From positions 18,848,001 to 18,912,000 of the forward strand of contig OZ024747.1 in NCBI GenBank assembly GCA_964016885.1: a stretch of DNA of 64,000 nucleotides. The letters run 5' to 3'. The translations under genes were made by a program, and so were the position numbers. Source of the stretch: Eledone cirrhosa (Eukaryota). Shown here piece by piece: positions 53,645 to 64,000 of this stretch (positions are counted from its first letter, which is position 1; every line of letters starts with the position of its first letter). Below the pieces are notes generated by a model that worked only from the letters and a program-made list of their open reading frames with translations, did not search any database and was not told the origin of the DNA.

Positions 53645-54050
53645 TTAAACTTTAGCACTTAAACCGGCCATATCCGGCCAGAATTCTCTCACCTCTTTCT
53701 GTTCAAACCGGCCATAACCAGCCGCTCATACTGATGTTAAGGTATTGTTCTCAAAATAAATAATATCAAAATCTCGTAGATTCGATATTATGTGAGATAA
53801 AGTGTTTACCATGAAAATACAATAGCAGCAAGAGTTGTGTAAATGCTACAGACGTTTAAATTGATTAAATAAATATATAAAATAGCCCGCAATGACAGAA
53901 CCTACCGGAAGGTGTGTCTGAGAACTCTGCCCCCAAAATCCTTCAGGAATATGTGGGTAAAGACAAAGAAGCCCACAATGAAACAAATTTTGTACAATAC
54001 AATTTGTTTTAAATAAATATTGATTTCATAATACATATTTCACATCTGTA
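53645..54050. mobile_element. Family D MITE with a TA-flanked short-TIR element (53847-54050) at its terminus; second copy of that element at 51727-51920
   Basis: TA|CAGACGT...ACATCTG|TA; about 190 bp shared with 51727-51920. Confidence 0.7.
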
Positions 54051-55257
54051 TAGAGATAGTAATAATTACAGTTAAGGAGAGGTATCTAATTAGCAGTACC
54101 TAGAGCTAGTATAATACATTACAGTTTAGGAGAGGTATCTAATTAGCAGTATCTAGCAGTACTTATCCTACTCCAGGTTTGTCCTAAGCTGATTTCATCA
54201 AGAGGAAGAAAGAGAGTGGGGAAATAGAATTATTCCCAATATTGGACAGTTAGTTTATCTATCAACCCTGAAAGGATGAAAAGTAAAATTGGTCTTCAGC
54301 AGGATTTGAACTTTCTGAGAGCAGAGAACCAGAATGAATACCACAAACCATTCTATGCAACACCTTAATATCTCTGCCAATTTGTTGTCTTTATATTAAA
54401 ATATATCACAAAAAAAAAGGAAAAAAGTCACAGAATATATTGACCAAAACATAGCGTGTTCATATGTGTGTGTGTACTATATATAAGTCAGATGATAGAA
54501 TTGTCCAATAAATGTACAGTGAGTGCAAACTGTTCTGTTTTTTTTTAGTGCTAGAAAATATAGGAAATAATAATAAAAGACATAATAATGTAAAAAAGAA
54601 GAAACCTATTCATTTCATATAATTGAAATTGTACCTATATTTACTTTGTCAGGGCAGCCTTAAGTAAATTATGTAAATACACACACACACACACATATAC
54701 ATATATATATATATATATATATATGCATAATCATGTCTTTGTGTGTGCGTGTGTGTATATATATATATACACACACACAAAGACATGACTATGCATATAT
54801 ATATATGTGTGTGTGTGTGTATGTGTGTGTGTATTTACATAATTTACTTAAGGCACATATATATATATATATAGGTATGCATATAGTGATGTGTGGGTGT
54901 GTGTATATATATATATATAGTTATGTGTATATATGTGTGTGTGTATATATATCATGAAAATTTGTTATTATTGTTACATAAATAAATACATAATAATACA
55001 AAGATATAAATAAGAGTAAATAAAAAACTGCATATATAAAAATGAATAGCTAAATCCTGAACAGTGACCTTAAAAATAAGAGCAATAAAACTTCCTTCTT
55101 TGTAAGCTACTTCAACTATTAAACATGTCATAAGCCATAAACCTTGAAAGCCATGTGAATAAAATATATTATACTGTAAGGCTTTCCTGTGAATAAATAT
55201 AAAAAAACAAACTCTAATCCAAACATTACTAAAAGGTTTATTTGTAAAGCATTAAGG

Positions 55258-55319
55258 TGATAGATATTGATATCTATATATCATTCTCTGTGAGAAAGAT
55301 TTGTAAGATTGAGAGAGAC

Positions 55320-55416
<97 letters not shown>

Positions 55417-55516
55417 AACAGAGAAAGAGAGAGACGAAGAGAGAGCAAGACGAACACAGAGAGAAAGAGAGAGACGAAGGGAGAGAGAAAGAGAGAGACG
55501 AAGAGAGAAAGAGAGA

Positions 55517-55598
<82 letters not shown>

Positions 55599-55960
55599 CG
55601 AACACAGAGAGAGAGACGAACACAGAGAGAGAGACGAACACGAGAGAAAGAGAGAAAGAGAGAGAGACGAACACAGAGAGAGGCGAAGAGAGAGAGACGA
55701 AGAGAGAGAGAGAGAGAGAGAGAGTGTGTGTGTATGTTATAGATATCCATATATCTTTCTCTGAGAAAGATTTGTAAGATCGAGAGATGGGGAGAGAGAG
55801 AGAGAGAGTGAAAGAGAGAGAGAGAGAGAGGGGGGGGAGGAGAGAGACAAATAGAGAGTGAAAGAGAAAGAAACAGAAAGAGAGAGAGTGAAAGAGAGTG
55901 AGAGTGAGAGTATGTTATTGACATTCATATATATCTTTCTCAGAGAAAGATTTGCAATGT
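55258..55960. repeat. (GA)n tracts separated by three copies of a TCT..GAGAAAGATTTG.AA anchor
   Basis: Anchors near 55275, 55750, 55930. Confidence 0.85.
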
Positions 55961-57127
55961 TATAAGAGTGAGAGGGTGGGGATGGGGTGGGTGGGGACGC
56001 GTGTTATTTGCTCTTCTTTACCCCCCCCCCCCCCTCCCCACCTCATGACTGTTTATAAGTCTTGGCATAAGATAAGTCACTTCTATTTCCCTATCAATAC
56101 AAAAGCCTTATAACTTATTACCCAAAACATTCACCTGTGTCTCATTACTAAATCGTTATTATTGACATGACATCTAGATATTCTTTGTAAGCAGTTGTTA
56201 GGACATTGGATTAAAACTGCTCTGATATTTGTTCTGACTCATAGCACTCTAAGTTCAAATCTTGCTATTGTCAACTTTCAAGGTTGATAAATAAAGTGCC
56301 AGTCCACTACTGGGATCAATTCTACCTCTTTCTCATGAAAAAATTAACTGTGCTCTGAACTGAAGAGGAATGGGTTCCACCATGTTTAAAAGACACAAGA
56401 TATGCTGTTTGCCAAGATGGCGCCCTTACGACTTCATCAAGAGTTAAGGGCACTTTGCCCTATATAATTCTCTGAGAAAGATTTGCCATGATACATACAA
56501 GAGTGCATGTATGTTTTTATTCCCACCACTAGACAGATGTTCATAAAACTCAATAAAAGATGAGTCACTGTCTGGCTATCATAATTCTTTTTTTTTTTTT
56601 TTTTTTGTAGGGAACCGTGACAAATGGAGTTTTTTGGGGGCAATTTAAACCTGGTGGAGCCATTCTTTCTCTCCATGTCTAAACACAGCTGATTTCTTCC
56701 AGAGAATGGGGAGAGAGAGAGAGTGTATGTGTGTGACAGAGTGATTGAGAGGAAGTGAGAGAGAGAGAAAGCGATTGAGAAGAAGTGAGAGAGAGAGAGA
56801 GAGAGAGAGTGATTTAGAAGAAGTGAGAGAGAAAGTGATTAAGAGGAAGTGAAAGAATGACTGGGAAGAAGTGAGAGAGAGAAAATGATTGAGAAGAAAT
56901 GATAGAGAAAGAGTGATTGAGAAGAAGTGTGAAAGAGTGATTGAGAAGAAGTGTGAAAGAGTGTTACAGCAAAGTCTTCTAATTCAATTTTCAAACTCTG
57001 CTCACCACTTTCTAAACATACATTCTCTTTTTAAAAGTAAATTTACCTTCACCCTGCCCCCCCCCCCCCCCGCTCCCCAATATTTGAGTTTAGATGTTTA
57101 ACATAATACAACGACAAAGGAGGAACT

Positions 57128-57345
57128 TTAACCCTTTAGTGTTCAAACCGGCCAAAATTCTCTACCTCTTTCTGTTGAAACTGGCTGTAACCGGTCACTC
57201 AAACTGATGTTAAGGTATTGTCCTCAAAATAAATACTTTCAAAATCTCATAGATTCGATATTATGTGAGATAATTATGTGAGGTAAAGCCTTTACCATGA
57301 AAATATAATAGTATATATAGAGTAATGTGAATGCTAAAGGGTTAA
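57128..57345. mobile_element. piggyBac-type MITE (family D)
   Basis: TTAA|CCCTTTAG...CTAAAGGG|TTAA termini, about 215 bp, multi-copy. Confidence 0.85.
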
Positions 57346-57589
57346 CCATTTACCATTTTTTTCTAATGAAATATAGTGTTGTAATTACTGTATATCCCGG
57401 CGTCGAAGACACTACTTTTTTCATAAAATAAGCCTCAAAAATCTACCATGTGTCATGGAGGCCAAAGGTTGTTTATTATTATTTTTTTTTTTTCTGGTTG
57501 TCAAAATTAGGGTGCATCCTCGAGGACGAAAGGTGTTTGGTGCCGGGAAATACGATAGTTAATAATGAATTTGGAGGGATTTACTAAAA

Positions 57590-57917
57590 TTCCTGCCAAG
57601 GTTAGCTTTGCATTTCATCCTTATGGGGGGTCGATAAAATAAAATACCAGTAATGTACTGGAGTCTATTTAATCGACTTTCCCCTCCCCAAAATTGGCTT
57701 TGTACCTAAATCAGAAATTATTATTTCAATCGGTGAATTGGCAGTATCGGTAGAGGGTTGGACGCCATGCTTTCTAGCATAGTTACGTCCCTTTACAGTC
57801 TGAGTTCAAATCCCGCCGAGGTTAACTTTGCCTTTCATCCTTACGGGGTCGATAAAATAAAGTACCAGTAATGTACTGGGTAGTTGCTGGCCTTGTGCCT
57901 AAAGTAGAAACAATTAT
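57590..57917 (+). mobile_element. Two tandem SINE B copies (partial, then full at 57731)
   Basis: B body and tail twice. Confidence 0.82.
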
Positions 57918-58424
57918 TTCATTATGATAGTATTAGTAACATAAAAGATAAAATTATGTTGGAAGGTTTAAACTGAAATAGATATACTTTAAAATTGGTG
58001 GTTTTGTTTCATAGAAATAAAGGTTGTTTTGTGTAGGTTGGTAACAAAAGGGTTAAAATACAAATGAATAGCGACAATCACTGACAAGTGTTCAGCCATG
58101 TTGATGTTATTTATTTCTTGAAAAAGATATTCTCCTTTGAATTAAACTATTACAGTGATCACAGTAATTAAGAAGTGTAAAATACAGATCATTAAGTTCA
58201 AAATAGAACAAAGAAAACAAAATAGATTTAATTCAATTTTTCTTTTCTCAACTTCAGGTTTATTTTAACTCATCATCATCATCATCATTACTGTTTAACA
58301 TCCATTTTCCATGCTTGCATGGATTAGGCAGATTGTCAAATAATGAGGCCAGACAGGTTAGGTGACCACATCTTGCTCATAAGCTACCTTTTCTGTGACT
58401 GGGTGCCCTTCCTAATCCCAACCA

Positions 58425-58820
58425 CATTACATGTGCTGTGAGCTTTTTGTGTAGTACCAGCACTATCACTTTAAAGAGTGGTCTAGGCTCTTTTTGGCAT
58501 GACACCAGTTTGACAACCTTACAAATAGACTGGGTGCTTTTTGGCTTAACACCAACATGACTACCTTACAAGGTGGACTGGGTGCTTTTTGGCATCGCAC
58601 CAGTACGACTACTTTACAAGGTGAACAGGGTGCTTTTTGGCATCGCACCAGTACGACTACTTTACAAGGTGAACTGGGTGCTTTTTGGCATCGCACCAAT
58701 ACAACTACTTTACAAGGTGGACCGGGTGCTTTTTTCATGGGACTAACACTACCACCTTACATGGCTGACTGAATGTTTTTTCTAATGGCACCAGTACAAC
58801 CAGCTTACAGGGTTAACTGG
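58425..58820 (-). repeat. Tandem array of the 45-50 bp SINE body module (similar arrays 25195-25600+, 52340-52545+)
   Basis: CTGGGTGCTTTTTGGCATCGCACCAGTACGACTACTTTACAAGGTG units. Confidence 0.8.
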
Positions 58821-58939
58821 GGGAGAAAACGTTCAAGTCCAGGATCAGCAAATTTACTCCATGCTGGAATCCTTTCATCTAATTCAATTATAAATACTGA
58901 CACATTAGTGGTGACTAATAACTAAGACACACTATTTAA

Positions 58940-59152
58940 GTGGATTGGCAGTATCGGTAGAGGGTCGGACGCCATGCTTTGCAGCATTGAGTTACGGCCC
59001 TTTATGATCTGAGTTCAAATCCTGCCGAGGTTAACTTTGCCTTTCATCCTTACAGGGAACGATAAAATAAAGTACCAGTCACGCACTGGGGTCGATTTAA
59101 TCGACTTTCCTCTCCCCCAAATTGGTGGCCTTGTGCCTATATAAGAAACCAC
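58940..59152 (+). mobile_element. SINE family B (inverted partner at 59558-59709)
   Basis: B sequence with longer 3' variant GGGGTCGATTTAATCGACT. Confidence 0.85.
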
Positions 59153-60511
59153 TATTTATTTGAGGTCCTAAGCACATGATTATCATGCTTCATGGGTTGG
59201 TACAGCATATCCTCCACATAGAGAAATCTGAAAATCCGGGGGGGGGGGGGGGGCTGAATATTTCTAAAATTTACATTATATCATATTTGTTATATCATAT
59301 TTAAAAAAATGTCCTTTTTTAAATATAAAATGTGTTTATTTGAAAAAAAAAAACAGTTTGGCTAAAGTTCGTGATCGAAAACCTAAACAAGTGTAATGAG
59401 CTAAATGCACAGTTAATTTTTTTAATATTTCAAGGGTAGTGAAATTTGTTTTTTATGTGCTTTGAACGAATACGGTCTTCAAAATCGTCATAAATTACTC
59501 AATTTCTGTGGTTCCTCCATCCCAGAACTCCATAATATACGTCTCAGACACGAGTTTAATAATTGTTTCTACTTTTGGCACAAGGCCATCAATTACTCAG
59601 TTCATTACTGGTACTTTATTTTATCGACCCCGTAAGGATGAAAGGCAAAGTCAACCTCGGCGGGATTTGAACTCAGATCGTAAAGGGACGTAACTATGCT
59701 GGAAAGCATCACCAAACAAGTTTTTATATTGAGGACGGTTTCAAATCTTCTGTGGTGTCTTGATGAGACATGGAGCAAAAAAAGTTAAGAACCATTTTGA
59801 GAATATTTTCTGAACCAATGCCAAAGACATCATGTGACCTTAATAGACTGTAATCCCCACATCCACCACCAACACATCAATACACCCCTTTACAGTGCCA
59901 CTTTCTAAGAAACCTATTAAATAGAAGCAAGGTGGAAGGTTAGATTACTGTTTGAAATGTCAGGGTGTTGGATTAGCATAGGTGAGGGCAAGATGTAGGT
60001 GAGGGTGAGGGCAAGATGTGGGTGAGGGTGAGGGTAGGATGTAAGTGAAGGTGACATCTTACAGTAATTTTTAGCATATTCTAAAATGGCAACACAGTAT
60101 TTTATGACCCCAAATTATATCTACACCCACTCATTCTCTCTTCATATTTCCCCCACCTACACCAAAACCCAGCAACACATACACACACACACACGCACTG
60201 AGTATCCACAACAATTATTACTACTAGCTGCCCTCACACAGAAGCCATCTTTACATCCTATGTCATTTTTATTTTTTACACAGTATTCCATTTCTTACAA
60301 ACCAGCCATTCCCCACTTCTACTACTAACACCACCCACGCTACCATTATGGGAGATTGGGGAAGGAAGGACAGACAGCTGGACAATGGATATATAGAGAA
60401 AACGGATATAGCGATGAAATACCTATGATAGTTGGAAGATCACTGATGAAGGACAAACTTTTTTCATATGTAACCCATTTGCAACTCCGCAGCGCCCTTA
60501 TTATCATATTT

Positions 60512-60549
<38 letters not shown>

Positions 60550-60674
60550 CCGAGCATTATAATAAATGTTCGGTAAATCCATACGTAAATATATATGTGT
60601 GCATGTATGTATATATATACATACTACTGTACGTCTGTATACATATATGTATGTACGTATACATACTTATATAT

Positions 60675-60862
60675 AACGGAAGAGTTGTGGTAAGGAACCA
60701 GATGGACCATAACGCACCAGAGTACTCAATACTTAGGGTAGTAGAGTGGGTAATAGGAGAAAGTATGACCCCGACGGCAGAGCTCAAGCCGTTTCGAAGG
60801 CTATTTCTGGAAATAGCCGTCGAAACGACTTGAGCTCTGCCGTCGGGGTCATACTCTCTCCT
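60675..60862. mobile_element. Same unclassified element with fold-back duplication
   Basis: Palindrome 60755-60862. Confidence 0.8.
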
Positions 60863-61267
60863 GAACGAAAGTCTTGCTGAAGAAGTAAATCCTATGTTCT
60901 GTCGTCAAAAACCATTATATTGCAGACTCCTGCAATAGGAATTTGCCGATCTTGGATTTGCAGAAACTTGGCGCTGATGTTGGATGCTATATGTGATGTA
61001 TATTGTTGATATACGATGTAAGATATATATTTTGCACTCAGCCTCACCACTATGTCCGGGTCAGTATAAAATCTTTGGGTCCAGTATTTTCGTTGCTCTA
61101 GTGGTGCGGCTGGACTGCCGACCGCTATATCTGATTTGCTAAGCTGTCTGAACGTAATGTTATTACTCTGGGGTCTTTCCTCATCTGAGTGCTCAAGTTA
61201 CAGACCGATTATGCATATACGTTAGCTTGGCCGTATTCTAAAGCTTCGTCAATGCTGTACTAAAATT

Positions 61268-61302
<35 letters not shown>

Positions 61303-61763
61303 ATGTGTGTGTGTGTGTGTACACAGAGAGAGAAGTAAGGTTGTTTCCGCTATAAACTAGTAAATGAGGAATAGAATGAAGGTGAGTGAGTAAGGTGGGG
61401 ATTGTAGAAGAGGGTTATGAAAGGGGTGGTGTGAGAATATAAGAAGTCTGTTGTACAATGTGAATGAAGGGTTAGTATGAAAAAGAGGCTGACTTGTAGC
61501 TAAATATAAACAATAACACTAACTGCAAAAAGATGCAGTTAGTGTTTATATTTAACTACATGTTATAAAGTCTAGTCTAAGTCTAAAGTCTATCGTAAGT
61601 TTGTTTCAAGTCAGGAGGCTTGTCAGGCCAGTGCTTATCCCAGTTTTGTGGTCTGAAGCAACTGAAAGTAGAAGATCCCCTCTGGACATGGCACCAGTCC
61701 ATCACAGGGTTAAATCCCCAGATATTGCTGGTATTCATTCTCAGCTGAGTATATTATCGGAAC

Positions 61764-62182
61764 ATTAAATGAAGTGTTTTGCCTTTCATCCTTCCGGCGT
61801 CGATAGAATAAAGTACCAGTAATGCATTGGGTAATTGCTGGCCTTGTGCCAAAAGTAGAAACAATTAAATGAAGTGTTTTGCCTTTCATCCTTCCGGCGT
61901 CGATAGAATAAAGTACCAGTAATGCATTGGGTAATTGCTGGCCTTGTGCCAAAAGTAGAAACAATTAAATGAAGTGTTTTGCCTTTCATCCTTCCGGCGT
62001 CGATAGAATAAAGTACCAGTAATGCATTGGGTAATTGCTGGCCTTGTGCCAAAAGTAGAAACAATTAAATGAAGTGTTTTGCCTTTCATCCTTCCGGCGT
62101 CGATAGAATAAAGTACCAGTAATGCATTGGGTAATTGCTGGCCTTGTGCCAAAAGTAGAAACAATTAAATGAAGTGTTTTGC
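61764..62182 (+). repeat. Four identical 100-bp tandem units (SINE B 3' fragment plus host duplication) inside an older minus-strand tRNA-headed SINE (about 61630-62281)
   Basis: ATTAAATGAAGTGTTTTGC recurs at 61764, 61864, 61964, 62064, 62164. Confidence 0.92.
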
Positions 62183-63338
62183 TCACGAACACAACACACA
62201 ACCCAGCCCAGCCCAGCCCAGGAATCGAACCATGACATTATGATCGTAAGTGCAACACTCTTACCACTAGGCCACGCGCCTGAGGCGATGATTAACCTGT
62301 ATACTTTTTGGGGAGGGTGTGGGGTAACATAGTGTATCTAAACCCCATTTGCCAATGTGTCCTTCCATTTTTAAGGCAGTAAAGTTTAATTTGGGGGAGA
62401 CTTAGCTGTTATTTCAAACAGATATAATAACCCTGGAGTACAGAAAAGAGGACAGAGGACTGAGATGGGTGAACAAATGCTGTACAACAGACACATGAGG
62501 GTGAGGGCAGATATTAAAAACAACAATAATAATAACAGTAGTGGTGGGAGTGGTGGACGTGGGGTAGGTGGCGTGGCGGCAGAGGTAGTGGTGGTGGTGG
62601 TGGCGACATCGGTAGTGTGATGATGGTGGTGGTGATGGTGGTGGTGGTGGTGGCGACATCGGTAGTGTGATGATGGTGGTGGTGATGGTGACAGAGGTGG
62701 TGGTGTGGTGGTGGTGGCGACAGTGGTGGTGGTGGCGACAGTGGTGGTAGTGGCGACAGTGGTGGTAGTGGCGACATTGGTGGTGGTGGTGGTGGCGACA
62801 TTGATGGTGGTGGTGGAGACATGGGTGGTGGTGGCGGCGGCGGTGATGGTGATAGTGATGACTCCGCTGATGAGGATGATAACGAAGATGATATATGAAC
62901 CTTGGTGTAATCATATCAAATAAATTGTTAAATGACTATATAGGCTACACCGAAAACTTCATTCTTAAATAAATAAACACACAAATACATAAAACAAAAC
63001 AAAATAAAATAAAAATGAAACAAACAATATTACTTAATTGACAGAACACGATAGTATCAGTAAGGCCCCCCCCCCCACCCCACCCCCCAAAAAACACAAT
63101 ATTAAACAAACAAAAAACATCTCCTGTATACAAAAATGTTAGCAAGCAATAAATCCAGTGACATTACAATGATATTAATTTCTCCCCCGACCAAAAGTTA
63201 CTACAGACAACGTTAAATGACTATAATGTTTGAAATAAAGCCTAGCTCTGTTGATTTATGATTTGTTTTCATTTTAAGTTTGTTTTGTGTTTGTTGTTGC
63301 CGTTTTGTCTTTCTTTCGTTAGTTGCCACGACTGTGGT

Positions 63339-63403
<65 letters not shown>

Positions 63404-64000
63404 GTCTTTTCGTATAAACACAAAGAGAAGTTTATAAAGAAAGACAGGTAAAAACAGATAACATTACAATGCATTCATGCTATCCTTTTAAAGATATTCA
63501 TCATCATCATCAACAACAACGCCATTTAATGTCTGGCTTCCCTGATAGCAAGAATTGAACAGATAGTCACAAACCATGTCAGTACTTAAGCAAAGCTACT
63601 GACCTCTTAAATGAGCCGAGGTGGTGGTGTTGAGTGAGGGGAGCCGCATCTCATTGGAAGAGGAGAAAGCTGTACCACCATTGGGCTGATACTTTCTTTA
63701 TCGACTCCAAAAGACAATGTGGACTTCAACGAGATTTGAACTCAGAACGATGAATCTCAGATCAAATATCCAACATCCTAACCACTCTGCCAAACCAACC
63801 ACCTTGATATTTTACAATTAACAGTTCGATGTTTTAAAAAACTTTTTAATCAAGGTGAGAAGGACAATGCCCATAACCCTTTTCGGGGTCTTGGGGAATG
63901 ATGGGAGGGAGGAGGGTGTTCTCAAACTGAAGACCTGCTCCAAATACTTCCAACAAAGTAGTCCCTGCTAAAAGTACGCAAGGGACATGTGGTGGTGGTT

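Noticed and set aside
60440-60500. CTGATGAAGGAC as a hammerhead start; RENGYS as a Penelope RT motif
   Set aside because: No GAAA or stem I partner found; the peptide match is too short.
62414-62914. His/Pro/Thr-rich ORFs (also 17379-17864, 9225-9587)
   Set aside because: (CCA)n/(GGT)n-derived low-complexity repeats.

Overview
AT-rich, repeat-saturated animal genomic DNA; the microsatellite load and SINE/RTE repertoire suggest an octopus-like cephalopod (inference). Almost all ORFs in the supplied track are microsatellite or SINE artefacts. One convincing host coding exon is present: the first coding exon of a LAP-family LRR protein (Erbin/Densin-180/Lap1-like), minus strand, exon 14841-14663. 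Most of the window is therefore probably intron of that gene, with two weak upstream 5'-UTR exon candidates. The rest is mobile DNA: several tRNA-headed and RTE-tailed SINE families, a decayed RTE LINE, piggyBac- and Tc1/mariner-type MITEs, and a 5'-truncated Penelope-like element (GIY-YIG endonuclease remnant) between 350-bp inverted arms. The most interesting signal is a set of type I hammerhead ribozyme motifs in short (TA)n-associated elements. Three have canonical cores and share a stem II fold and a C-C mismatch across two unrelated stem II sequences. One has a compensatory U3-A8 core inside a 594-bp terminally redundant, retrozyme-like unit. There are also many locally generated fold-back palindromes and near-identical inverted SINE/MITE pairs. 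All folds and alignments were done by eye; repeat boundaries are approximate to a few bases.
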